From a virus (lineage: Duplodnaviria > Caudoviricetes), in the IMG/VR virus record IMGVR_UViG_3300028854_000488: a stretch of 64,000 bases of DNA; one strand, written 5' to 3'. This document shows positions 1 through 9,707 of the stretch, one piece after another. The translations under genes were made by a program, and so were the position numbers. How positions within the stretch are numbered: the stretch's first letter is position 1; each line of letters starts with the position of its first letter. The notes below the pieces were generated by a model that did not search any database, was not told where the DNA came from, and saw nothing but the letters and a program-made list of their open reading frames with translations.

Positions 1-201
1 TAATTAAGTTAGATTCTATAGTATATATTAATAGTTTTTTTAACTTATCTAAAAATGAGCTAGTAGTTTCATTTTGAAACATTAAATTTGATAATGATTT
101 TGTCATTAATTCTTCTTCATAATCAAATCCAGTTTCTATTTTATCATTTATATGTTTTAAATCGTATAACTCTTTGATTTGCATATCTTTTTCAATCATA
201 A

Positions 202-741
202 TTAAATATTAAATTTTTTTGATTCTATATATAATAAGAAATCATTATATTCGTTATTTGATAAAATATAATAATCTCCCCTTTCTTTTTCATCAAGATA
301 CAATATATTAAGTGTATTATCATCTTCAAAATATGCAAAATCAGCATATTCATTTGTTTTTAATACTTTGATTTGTTTTAAGTAATCAGTCAAAGATGAT
401 AATAAATCATTGTAATCATTAATTATATTTGTTACTTCTGACTTAGTTAAATTTGTTTCGTCTAGTAATGCTTGGTATTCCTCACCATTAAATTCATAAT
501 TATCACCATTAGATTCATTTTTATCGAAAATTTCAATATTTAATTCTCCACCACTTAAAAAATTAGGATTCCAAACATCACCAAGATGATCAAGTTCAAT
601 TTCAAAATCATAATAATCTAAATGTGATTTCATATAATTTAGAATTTTTGCATATAAATCATCTTTATTTGATAATACCTTTTTTATATCATTATCAACG
701 CTATTATTTTCATTTAATTGAAAAAATCTTTTAATTATCAT
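202..741 (-). CDS. Hypothetical protein with N-terminal capsid-targeting-like motif and C-terminal KFNI tag
   Basis: 179-aa ORF; starts MIIKRFFQLNE, ends SKKFNI. Confidence 0.75.
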   Translation of the reverse strand: MIIKRFFQLNENNSVDNDIKKVLSNKDDLYAKILNYMKSHLDYYDFEIELDHLGDVWNPNFLSGGELNIEIFDKNESNGDNYEFNGEEYQALLDETNLTKSEVTNIINDYNDLLSSLTDYLKQIKVLKTNEYADFAYFEDDNTLNILYLDEKERGDYYILSNNEYNDFLLYIESKKFNI

Positions 742-1274
742 TCAGTTAATTTATCTTTTTTATCAGTCCAAATATAATATCCATTAAATTCATTATCATA
801 TACCATATTACCTAATGTTGATATAACATTTATTGTTGTATCAAAAGTTATAGTTTGCTGAAATGAATATTTAACTTTTTCTTTATCAATAAACGATAAA
901 GGTTTCATCATTATACCAAAAACATTTAATGAATCAGGAATATCTGAATAAAATTCTGATAATGCAAAAGTTACTAAATTTTCTCTGATATTTTCAATAT
1001 CTTCTTTATCAAAAATGCTACATTTGAAAACTACTTTTTCAGTACCTAAAATATCGCCTGACATATCATTAATCTTATATTGATGCTTCTTTTTATCCAT
1101 TAAATCAATATATTGTTCATATGTTTTAAAATAATCAACAAGAATTTTAGTGTATTTAGAAGTTGATAATTTTATGTTATAGAAGAACTCATCTAATTTT
1201 ACATTAGGTATTTGAAATTCATATAACGGAAACCATTCTGTGAATTTTTTAATATTGTTTATTTCATTTATCAT
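738..1274 (-). CDS. Hypothetical protein
   Basis: 178-aa ORF, 4-nt overlap with the downstream gene. Confidence 0.7.
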   Translation of the reverse strand: MINEINNIKKFTEWFPLYEFQIPNVKLDEFFYNIKLSTSKYTKILVDYFKTYEQYIDLMDKKKHQYKINDMSGDILGTEKVVFKCSIFDKEDIENIRENLVTFALSEFYSDIPDSLNVFGIMMKPLSFIDKEKVKYSFQQTITFDTTINVISTLGNMVYDNEFNGYYIWTDKKDKLTE

Positions 1275-1288
1275 TTTATATTGTTTAT

Positions 1289-2014
1289 TTATTTTTGTAT
1301 TAATTTTAAGAATTCATTATATTCATTATTAGTCAAATTTATTTTTATTTTATTTGTACCTTCTGATATTTCTAAAGTTTTTTCATTTTTTAATACTCTA
1401 ATATCACATTCATTAACATTAAATTTTGATATTTTGATGCCACTTTCTTCAATATCAAAATTAGACATTTTAATACCACCTTCATCATTATCAAAATTTA
1501 ATCTTATATAATATACATTAGAAAGATCAATAACTTGTATTTTATCTTTTTCTTTTAATTTATTTAGTTTACTTAGTATTGTTAATAATAATTTTGTATT
1601 TCTATTTCTCATATAATTAGTAAGTATACTTTTTAAAAATTTATATAAAAAGAAACCAATTGCGAATAATGTAATCAATCCAAATGATTCATTTTTATAT
1701 TCATATGAATTAAATTCCTTTAAGTGCTTCATTTGTTTGTTTTTATATTCATCATCTTTTTGCTTTGCTATTAAATCATCTAAAATATCATTTAATACAG
1801 TTTTTACTAAATTTTTATATTCAATATCATCTGTTATAAGATTAGAACCTTTATTTTTTATATCATCTAAAATATCATTAAACATTTTAGAATTTCTATA
1901 ATATTTTTTTAATGACTGCGGAGTTGCACCTTTATTTATATAAAAATTTATAATTGGATATAATTCAGAAAATATATCAGATTTTGCTTGCTTTGTTAAA
2001 TTAGAATTTTCCAT
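1289..2014 (-). CDS. Hypothetical protein with one hydrophobic segment and an internal MKHLKEFN motif
   Basis: 241-aa ORF; FGLITLFAIGFFLYKFL segment. Confidence 0.7.
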   Translation of the reverse strand: MENSNLTKQAKSDIFSELYPIINFYINKGATPQSLKKYYRNSKMFNDILDDIKNKGSNLITDDIEYKNLVKTVLNDILDDLIAKQKDDEYKNKQMKHLKEFNSYEYKNESFGLITLFAIGFFLYKFLKSILTNYMRNRNTKLLLTILSKLNKLKEKDKIQVIDLSNVYYIRLNFDNDEGGIKMSNFDIEESGIKISKFNVNECDIRVLKNEKTLEISEGTNKIKINLTNNEYNEFLKLIQK

Positions 2015-2065
2015 AATTATATATATTAATATTTATTTTCTAAAAAATATTTTATATATAATAAT

Positions 2066-2380
2066 ATGATAACTAATTTTAAAAAATTTGAATCAATAAA
2101 CGAAAAATCAATAGAAATTGGAGATTTTGTTATATGTGAAGAAGTAGACTATGCTGATATTAATACTATATTTACATCAACTAATATCGGTAAATTTATT
2201 AGATATGATGACGGAGAGGCTTATCCTTATATAATAAAATATGATTATACACCAAAAAATATGAAAAGTTATTTTTCAGGTGATGATGAAAGAAATATGT
2301 CAATTGATGAAATAAAATATTGGTCTAAAAATAGAAATGAATTAGAAATAATATTACAAACTAATAAATTTAATATATGA
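2066..2380 (+). CDS. Small paralogous protein (MITNFKKFE...KFNI family)
   Basis: Clearly similar to 2740..3057 (EIGDxVxCxE, FTSxNIGxxIRYD, ERNMSxDEIKY). Confidence 0.85.
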   Translation: MITNFKKFESINEKSIEIGDFVICEEVDYADINTIFTSTNIGKFIRYDDGEAYPYIIKYDYTPKNMKSYFSGDDERNMSIDEIKYWSKNRNELEIILQTNKFNI

Positions 2381-2715
2381 TAACTAATTTTAAAAAATTT
2401 GAAGATTCTGATAAAAAATTACTTTGGAATATGCCTGTAAAAATGCCAGATTTTTATATATCTCTGAAAAAAATTGGAATGCCAGAGATTATAATTAAAG
2501 ATTGGATTAGACTTCGTAAGAATAAAGTTTTTACAGCTAGAGATAATTTCACAGATTTAGAAACAATTACAATAGTAAAACATCCAGAGTATGAAAATTC
2601 TTATACATGGTATCCGTACCCAACATCAGAAAGCTATGATAATAATATATTTATGGGTAAATTAGTATGCACACCAGAAGAAATTCAAGATTATTATGAT
2701 GAAATTGAATTTTAA
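2377..2715 (+). CDS. Hypothetical protein with MITNFKKFE N-terminus
   Basis: 112-aa ORF with ATGA overlap. Confidence 0.8.
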   Translation: MITNFKKFEDSDKKLLWNMPVKMPDFYISLKKIGMPEIIIKDWIRLRKNKVFTARDNFTDLETITIVKHPEYENSYTWYPYPTSESYDNNIFMGKLVCTPEEIQDYYDEIEF

Positions 2716-2739
2716 TAATAATATAAAAAAATTTAATTT

Positions 2740-3057
2740 ATGATAACTAATTTTAAATTATTTGAAGAAATTTGTAAAGATGAGCCAGAAATTGGAGATT
2801 TGGTAGTGTGTAATGAATCAGAGTCATATTCGGATTCTGAAATTATTACTTTTACATCAAATAATATAGGTGAATATATTAGATATGACACAGAATTCAT
2901 GCAGCCATATGTGATACATTATGAAGAAATACCAAAAAATTTAGAAAAATATTTCTCACACAATGAAAGAAATATGTCATTAGATGAAATAAAATATATA
3001 TCAAAAAATAAAGATGAATTAGAATATATAATACAATCAAATAAATTTAATTTATGA
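2740..3057 (+). CDS. Small paralogous protein (MITNFKLFE...KFNL family)
   Basis: Paralog of 2066..2380. Confidence 0.85.
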   Translation: MITNFKLFEEICKDEPEIGDLVVCNESESYSDSEIITFTSNNIGEYIRYDTEFMQPYVIHYEEIPKNLEKYFSHNERNMSLDEIKYISKNKDELEYIIQSNKFNL

Positions 3058-3563
3058 TAACTAATTTTAAAAAATTTGAAGATTATTCAGATGACTTTAT
3101 TATAAAGATTGAAGCTACTAACGAATTGATCAAAATTATTGATGAAAATATTATTGATAATAGAAGCAAAGAATCATCAATAAAAATGATAAATTTATTA
3201 GATGAGGGAGCATATCCAAATATTAAAGCTAAAAATGGACAGACTCCTTTGACATATGCTGCTACCATATGTTCATTTGATTTAATTTATAAACTTATAG
3301 AGGTTGGTGCTGATATTGAAGCTAAAAATGATAACGGTGATACTCCAATAATGAGAGCTGCTATAAATAGTGACCTAGCATCAATGAGAATATTATTAGA
3401 AGCTGGAGCATCACTATATTGTAAAAATAAACAAGGACATGAAACATTAGGTTTTTTAAATACGTACGATATCAATAGAATAATATCTAAATATCCAGAA
3501 CAATATAAAGATTATTTGAAGAAAAAAGAATTTGATGATTCAGTAACAAAATTTAATTTATAA
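3054..3563 (+). CDS. Ankyrin-repeat protein
   Basis: GQTPLTYAA...GADIEAKNDNGDTPIMRAA...LLEAGA ankyrin consensus. Confidence 0.9.
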   Translation: MITNFKKFEDYSDDFIIKIEATNELIKIIDENIIDNRSKESSIKMINLLDEGAYPNIKAKNGQTPLTYAATICSFDLIYKLIEVGADIEAKNDNGDTPIMRAAINSDLASMRILLEAGASLYCKNKQGHETLGFLNTYDINRIISKYPEQYKDYLKKKEFDDSVTKFNL

Positions 3564-3564
3564 T

Positions 3565-4230
3565 ATGAAACACTTGAAAATGTATGAAGGAACTAATTTT
3601 CCTATTTTATTTAAAAATGAAGGAGAATTAAAAACATTATTATTAAAAAATAAAGATTTTTCAGAAGGAAATGTATTTGACGCTATAACTGACGTTTCTT
3701 ATATAGAATCTACATCAAATATTGATTATGAAAAATTTTTAGATATTGTGAAAGAAAAATATGGTATACTACCTTATTTTTGTATTCTTCTATGTAATTA
3801 TAATAGACAAGTATGTAATGGAGGTCATATTCAATATTTTGAAAACGGATTTGCTAGCTCTTCAAATTCAAGAGGATTTGGTAGAAAATATAATAATGCA
3901 AATATTCATATGAAATTAATTATGTTATTTAAATATTTAAAAATCGAACAACATATACCAGAAAAATTAGGAAAAACTGTGTATTCAATAATGAAAGATT
4001 TTGATTTAGATAGTATTAAATTTGATTGCTACTATGGAGATGATGAACAATATAACGAGAATAATTATAATAGAAATGATTATTTAGATAAATTAGATAA
4101 AAGATGGTATGATATAAATGAAGAATTTATTGAAAAATTTAATGACTATCTTAAAACATTAACTTTAGATGATGAAAAAATTTCAAGATTAGTAGAATTA
4201 TCAAATAGTACAAATAAATTTAATATATAA
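3565..4230 (+). CDS. DMP19/DUF4375-like putative DNA-mimic protein
   Basis: QVCNGGHIQYFEN resembles the DMP19-family xVxNGGFxQYFxN motif. Confidence 0.6.
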   Translation: MKHLKMYEGTNFPILFKNEGELKTLLLKNKDFSEGNVFDAITDVSYIESTSNIDYEKFLDIVKEKYGILPYFCILLCNYNRQVCNGGHIQYFENGFASSSNSRGFGRKYNNANIHMKLIMLFKYLKIEQHIPEKLGKTVYSIMKDFDLDSIKFDCYYGDDEQYNENNYNRNDYLDKLDKRWYDINEEFIEKFNDYLKTLTLDDEKISRLVELSNSTNKFNI

Positions 4231-4263
4231 AAAAGAGATGATATAAAATATATCATCTCTTTT
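4229..4263. terminator. Bidirectional intrinsic terminator
   Basis: aaaaagagatgatata/tatatcatctcttttt inverted repeat between convergent genes. Confidence 0.75.
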
Positions 4264-4296
4264 TGAAGAGTGTAATGTAAAATAACTAAGAATAAT

Positions 4297-4503
4297 TTAA
4301 GCTAATTGTTTAGCCAATTTTTCTAAAATTTCATTCTTACCTTTTTTGAAATTATATTCCAATTTTTTTAACAATAATGTGATATCATCATTAGATAATT
4401 CATCATTGTTTTTTAATTTTTCTACTAATTCATTACCTGAATTTTTAAACCTAAATTCCAATTTCTTCAATAATAATTCGTATTCTTCTGCTGTCAGTTT
4501 CAT
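4297..4503 (-). CDS. Small protein made of two tandem ~30-aa repeats
   Basis: LLLKKLEFRFKNSGNELVEKL / LLLKKLEYNFKKGKNEILEKL. Confidence 0.75.
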   Translation of the reverse strand: MKLTAEEYELLLKKLEFRFKNSGNELVEKLKNNDELSNDDITLLLKKLEYNFKKGKNEILEKLAKQLA

Positions 4504-4541
4504 AATCTTTATTTTTTTTTTTGTTTATAATTATTATAGTA

Positions 4542-4549
4542 CAAAGATA
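4542..4549 (-). promoter_or_regulatory. Bacteroidota-type sigma -7 promoter element TATCTTTG
   Basis: TAnnTTTG ~40 nt upstream of ORF 4297..4503; the same element recurs many times in the window. Confidence 0.6.
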
Positions 4550-4645
4550 TAAAAAGTTTTTTAATTATCAATAATAATGTAAACATATTTATAGTTTTTT
4601 AACTAAATAGTTTTATATTATATATAATACAAAAATATAAAAAGT

Positions 4646-6349
4646 TTATTTAATATCAATATTATTGTAATATACAAATTTTAGATTACCAGAATCATAT
4701 ATTCTATATATCTTTCTTTCTAACATTATTTCATGCTCTGTTTTATTAATATCAAATCCATCCATAACTAATTTATTTTTTCTGAAGTTAAATTTATTAT
4801 ATCTATTTCTATTTATGACATAAAAATAATTAGGATCAGTTTTTCCTTCATATTTAAATCCTAATTTTTCATATAATTTACCTTGACTAATAGATCTATC
4901 TGAGTACACTGTTATTTTATTAGAATTATAATTTTTAATAAAATAATTAAATAATTGATATTCTCCTTCTATAATATCAGTATTTAATATATTACAAAAC
5001 CTTAATAAATTATATTCTCCTTCATTTATAATATGTCTATTATCAAATGTCATAAGACTTACTAATTTTTTTTCATAAAATAATCCAATTTTAATTTTTG
5101 AACCTATAAATCCTTGAATATTATTATTATTAAGAAATTCTCTAGCTAAATTATTATTATCAATTTTTTTTATTTCACAGTCTATAGCATATATTTTATT
5201 TTTTATTTTTCCTAATTTATTTAATATTATAGATTTTATTATCTCTCTCTTATATAGCCATTCGTCTTCCCATATATGAATTAATTGTATTCCTAATTTT
5301 TCACATTCTTCAGTTTTATTTAAATGATAATTATTATCTTTATTTACTTCATTATGCCAATATATACCATTATATTCAAATGCTAATTTTAAATCTGGTA
5401 AATAAATATCTAATTCTAATGGAGATATTATAGATTTACTATTTAATATTATAGATTTACTATAATTTTCTGATATGAATTCTATAATTTTAGATTCCAT
5501 GAATGAATTAGATGACGGATTACATTTAGGACATAAAATAATATGTTCTAACATTTTATGATTAAACATAGTTTTTGAAATTTTATATGAATGATCACAT
5601 TTATCACATTTAATAATTAAATGATTATCTTCAACTTCAATAATATTTATTTCTTTATATTTATCTTTATATTTTTCAGCGAATTTAGATTTTATTATAT
5701 CACTTTTAAAAGGTGAAATGTTACCATATTTTTCTAAATTTGTGTCTTTTATTTTTTGTTTTATTTTTTCATTTTGAGCTGGATGTTCAAAACCATATTT
5801 TTTTAAATTGGTATTTTTAATTTTATTTTCTATATTTTTATTTTGAGCAGGATATTCTACTCCATATCTTTCTAAATTAGTATTTTTAATTTTATCTCTA
5901 ATTTCTTTATTTTCTAAAGGAATTTCCGTACCATATTTTTCTAAATTTGTTTTTTTTATTTTTTCTTTTACTTCATTATTTAATAATGAAGTTTTATACC
6001 CGTATTTTTTTAAATTAGTTTTTTCTGCTTTTTCTTTTATTTCTTTATTTTTCATAGGATTATCAACTCCAAATAATATATTACTTGTTAGTTTGAATTT
6101 TTCCTTGGAACATTTTTTACAACCATAATAATTATGATTATTGAAATTTTTATAATATTTTTCGATTGAAATATAATTTTCAGAATCACATTTCTCACAA
6201 ATCGCTGTAATTTTAAGTTTTGAATTTTTATTTACATCTTCAATTTTTATATTACAAGTATTACCATTTATAACATTATATCCTAAATTTTTATAATATG
6301 TTATATTTCTACTTGTCATTTGTATATTTAACTCTTTTTCTTTTATCAT
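4646..6349 (-). CDS. Hef-like free-standing homing endonuclease (PD-(D/E)xK/Vsr-like) with TxLxKYG repeats
   Basis: ELDIYLPDLKLAFEYNGIYWH, LIHIWEDEW, Zn-like CxxC pairs, repeated (T/N)LEKYG units. Confidence 0.8.
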   Translation of the reverse strand: MIKEKELNIQMTSRNITYYKNLGYNVINGNTCNIKIEDVNKNSKLKITAICEKCDSENYISIEKYYKNFNNHNYYGCKKCSKEKFKLTSNILFGVDNPMKNKEIKEKAEKTNLKKYGYKTSLLNNEVKEKIKKTNLEKYGTEIPLENKEIRDKIKNTNLERYGVEYPAQNKNIENKIKNTNLKKYGFEHPAQNEKIKQKIKDTNLEKYGNISPFKSDIIKSKFAEKYKDKYKEINIIEVEDNHLIIKCDKCDHSYKISKTMFNHKMLEHIILCPKCNPSSNSFMESKIIEFISENYSKSIILNSKSIISPLELDIYLPDLKLAFEYNGIYWHNEVNKDNNYHLNKTEECEKLGIQLIHIWEDEWLYKREIIKSIILNKLGKIKNKIYAIDCEIKKIDNNNLAREFLNNNNIQGFIGSKIKIGLFYEKKLVSLMTFDNRHIINEGEYNLLRFCNILNTDIIEGEYQLFNYFIKNYNSNKITVYSDRSISQGKLYEKLGFKYEGKTDPNYFYVINRNRYNKFNFRKNKLVMDGFDINKTEHEIMLERKIYRIYDSGNLKFVYYNNIDIK

Positions 6350-6582
6350 GTTATAATTTGTATTTTATGATGATACCATTAGTATCATTATTATCTTTAA
6401 TATTGTATATTTAAAAAATAATAAAGTTTATTTTTTAAACTAATTATATTATAATTATTATATATTAAAATATATTATATTTAATAAACTATATAATTAG
6501 AATATATTATATTTAATAAACTAGATATTTTTTATTTAAACCAAATCATAAATAATTCATATAATAAGAAACAATATATAAA

Positions 6583-7473
6583 ATGACAGCACAAGAAAAG
6601 AGAGATAAAATTTCAGAAGTAAAAAGAAAAATTGATGAAACTAAGGCTGAATACGATAGAGCAAAAGCTATGCAACTTGCATTAAAACTTGTAATTAATG
6701 GAACTTATGGTGCATTTGCACATCCAAAATTTGTATTATCAAATTCTCATATTGCAAATGCAATAACTGCTCAAGGACGTGATGTTATAAATTATATGCT
6801 TAAAAAGATTGAAACATATTTTTATAAAGAATGGCATTTAGACACAAAAACACATCAATTACTCGGACTTGAATATATTGCAGAAAAAGAAGGTAAATTT
6901 TATTTATTAGATAGAAATGGTGAAAATATACATTATACATATACATCAGTAGATAATATGTTAGAAAAATTAAATTATTATCGTGGTGATTTAGTTGAAG
7001 ATAAAAAAGAATTAAATGGATATAATGTATTATATAGTAGATTTGTTTGTGATTGTTCAAATGTAAAACCTATACCAAAAGATGTTCCAATAACAATTTA
7101 TGGTGATACTGATTCCGTTTTTTGTAAGACCATTATAAATACTAATGATGGATATTTTACAATAGAAGATTTATATAATAAAAATATTCAATATGGATCT
7201 GCTGGTGTAACATTAAATGGACATGTGTCAGTTAATTGCAAAGAACTTATTTTAAATTGGAATGAAGATAAAAAACTTTATTATGCGCCAGTTAAGAGAA
7301 TTATTAGGCATAAAGTTTCTAAACCTAAATGGAAATTAAAAACTAAATCTGGTGAGGAAATTATAGTAACTAATGATCATTCTATGATAGTTTTTAGAGA
7401 TAATAAAAAAATAGAAGTTAAACCATCAGAAATATTGAAAACAGATAAAATACTTTCAGTTAGAAAAATATGA
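6583..7473 (+). CDS. polB: Family B DNA polymerase fragment (motifs B and C) fused to the N-half of a split intein
   Basis: KLVINGTYG (motif B) and YGDTD|S, then intein blocks SVFCKT...IIVTNDHS, then stop. Confidence 0.9.
   Translation: MTAQEKRDKISEVKRKIDETKAEYDRAKAMQLALKLVINGTYGAFAHPKFVLSNSHIANAITAQGRDVINYMLKKIETYFYKEWHLDTKTHQLLGLEYIAEKEGKFYLLDRNGENIHYTYTSVDNMLEKLNYYRGDLVEDKKELNGYNVLYSRFVCDCSNVKPIPKDVPITIYGDTDSVFCKTIINTNDGYFTIEDLYNKNIQYGSAGVTLNGHVSVNCKELILNWNEDKKLYYAPVKRIIRHKVSKPKWKLKTKSGEEIIVTNDHSMIVFRDNKKIEVKPSEILKTDKILSVRKI
7114..7470 (+). mobile_element. Split intein N-fragment (119 aa, Ser1)
   Basis: Begins at Ser after YGDTD; block B TxxH (TNDH); ends at the ORF stop. Confidence 0.88.
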
Positions 7474-7512
7474 TATTTTAATATTTATATATAGAGATAA
7501 AAGTATTGCCAT

Positions 7513-8676
7513 ATGACAAAAAGAAAAAATAATTATGAATATAATAAAACTTGGATTACTTGGTTTAATAAAAATAAAACTAAGGAACTTTATAACTATG
7601 TTTTGATTAAAGAATTGCCAAATCATAGAAAATGCTTATATTGTGATGGTCCTATTTATTATTATGATTCGATATTTAGTATAGATAAAAATTATAATAT
7701 TTATCCTAATAAAAAGTCATACTTAACTAAAAAAACATTATTAGAAAAAGATTATACTCTATCAGTTTGTGAAGATTGTTTAATAGAAAAATATCCAGAA
7801 TATAACAATTTAAATAAAGGTAGAGTTTTTAATAGAATATGTGATATAACATGCTTTGCGTTTGATATACCTAATGATATTTCTGAGCAATGGAAAAAAC
7901 AAAATTATTCAATAACAGAAAAAACACTTATCAGCAAACATGGTGAAAAAAATGGTAAGGAAAAATGGAAAAACTATTGTGAAAAACAAGCAATAACAAA
8001 CACATTTGAATATAAGAAAGAAAAATATGGTTGGGATGAGAAAAAATTCGATGAATATAATCGTTCAAGGTCAATTACATTAAAAAATATCATTGAAAGA
8101 AACGGCGAAGAAAAAGGTTTAGAAATTTGGAATAATTATATCGATAGACAAAGATATACTTGTTCTTTAGAATATTTTATTTCACAATATGGTGAAATGA
8201 ATGGGATAGAAAAATTTGAAAATTTTGTAAATAAAAGATCATTTGAATTTGGATATTCAGATATTTCTCAAAAAATATTTGATGAATTAAAAAATAAGTT
8301 AGATAAGTTAAATGAGTATACATTATTTTATGCAACTAATAATAAGGAATATTATTTTGTTGATACTGTAAATAATATAACATATATGACAGATTTATTT
8401 ATTAAAGAGTTGAATTTGGTTATAGAATTTAATGGTGATAAATGGCACGCTAATCCTAAAATATTTTTTGAAAATGATATTCCTATATCATTTTTAAAAA
8501 ATCATAATAAACCTTATTTAGCTAAAGATATTTGGAAAAAAGATTACGATAAAATAAAATTTTTAAAAACAAAAGTCAGAGATGTTATTATAATATGGGA
8601 AAAAGATTTAAAAGAAAAAGGTATATTTAAAATTATTGAAGAAATAATTGAAAAAATTAAGGAGTTTGAAAAATGA
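7513..8676 (+). CDS. Free-standing Vsr/DUF559-like endonuclease inside the fractured polB locus
   Basis: DLFIKELNLVIEFNGDKWH and VIIIWEKD; CxxC pairs; KxGxExG repeats. Confidence 0.8.
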   Translation: MTKRKNNYEYNKTWITWFNKNKTKELYNYVLIKELPNHRKCLYCDGPIYYYDSIFSIDKNYNIYPNKKSYLTKKTLLEKDYTLSVCEDCLIEKYPEYNNLNKGRVFNRICDITCFAFDIPNDISEQWKKQNYSITEKTLISKHGEKNGKEKWKNYCEKQAITNTFEYKKEKYGWDEKKFDEYNRSRSITLKNIIERNGEEKGLEIWNNYIDRQRYTCSLEYFISQYGEMNGIEKFENFVNKRSFEFGYSDISQKIFDELKNKLDKLNEYTLFYATNNKEYYFVDTVNNITYMTDLFIKELNLVIEFNGDKWHANPKIFFENDIPISFLKNHNKPYLAKDIWKKDYDKIKFLKTKVRDVIIIWEKDLKEKGIFKIIEEIIEKIKEFEK

Positions 8677-9329
8677 AAAAATCAATTTTTATAAAAACTT
8701 ATGAAAAATTTAATAAGTCTAAATTGAATGATATTATAAAAAATGATGATACATATATTAAAAAAAAGTCAAAAGAAGGAGTTATAATATCTGACGATTA
8801 TATTGATATTAAAAATGAAATATCTAAATATGATGTAAGTAATTTTTATTATAAAAAGCATTCATATGGAATTTATATTAAACCAGATTTTTGGTTTATT
8901 GAGATTTTAAAAAAATTAAATTTAAAGATAGAAAATAAAATATCATTAGACTTGGAATTCGATTTTTCTGTTGATGAAACAAGATTAAATTTAATAGATT
9001 TTGAAAAAGGAATGCCAGTAAATTTAAAAGGATACACATTAGGATATAAATTATATAAATTGGTGATTTTAGATTTCGGTTTTATAACTTCAAATAAGTT
9101 TTCATCTTTAGATGCTTATAATATTTGGTATAATTTATTGCTGGATGATGATTTATATTCATTTACATCAAATAATTTATCAGGAGTGATTTCTAAAAAA
9201 TTATCTAATAATTATATTTTTGAAATTTTAGAAAAATTGAAATATGAAAATCTAAAATTTGATGATGAATTAATAGAAAAAATAAAAGAATTATATGGAA
9301 GTTTGGACATTTATACACAAAGAAACTAA
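8673..9329 (+). CDS. Hypothetical protein between the intein halves
   Basis: 218-aa ORF overlapping its neighbours. Confidence 0.75.
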   Translation: MKKSIFIKTYEKFNKSKLNDIIKNDDTYIKKKSKEGVIISDDYIDIKNEISKYDVSNFYYKKHSYGIYIKPDFWFIEILKKLNLKIENKISLDLEFDFSVDETRLNLIDFEKGMPVNLKGYTLGYKLYKLVILDFGFITSNKFSSLDAYNIWYNLLLDDDLYSFTSNNLSGVISKKLSNNYIFEILEKLKYENLKFDDELIEKIKELYGSLDIYTQRN

Positions 9330-9561
9330 TAAAATTATAAGATTTAATGTTATTTATAGTGATGATAGTGAATTTGGTACTGAATATTTATTTACAACTA
9401 ATAAATATTCTCCTATATGGTTTGTAGAAACTGAAGAAGAAGCTAAATTGGCTTATAGTGATTCAGTACATGCTCAATTTAGTATGTTCTATGATAGACC
9501 ATCAACAGATGATATTAATATAAATGAATTTGAAATAATAAAATTTGAAATAATAAAATAA
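9295..9561 (+). CDS. Hypothetical protein between the intein halves
   Basis: 88-aa ORF. Confidence 0.65.
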   Translation: MEVWTFIHKETNKIIRFNVIYSDDSEFGTEYLFTTNKYSPIWFVETEEEAKLAYSDSVHAQFSMFYDRPSTDDININEFEIIKFEIIK

Positions 9562-9566
9562 TTAAA

Positions 9567-9707
9567 ATGATAAATAATATAGAATACTATTTTGATGATA
9601 TAGAATCATGTGAAATGATAGGTGAATTTGAAGATGAATATGTTTATGATATCGAAGTTGATGATGAAACTCATACATTTATTGCTAATAATATATTAGT
9701 ACATAAC
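9567..9707 (+). mobile_element. Split intein C-fragment (47 aa, His-Asn terminus, Ser+1)
   Basis: Block F VYDIEV and block G THTFIANNILVHN followed by Ser. Confidence 0.9.

Noticed and set aside
7473-9567. Group I intron or sequencing frameshift explaining the polB break
   Set aside because: Both sides carry complementary intein halves with their own stop and start, and three intact ORFs fill the gap, leaving no room for a ribozyme core.
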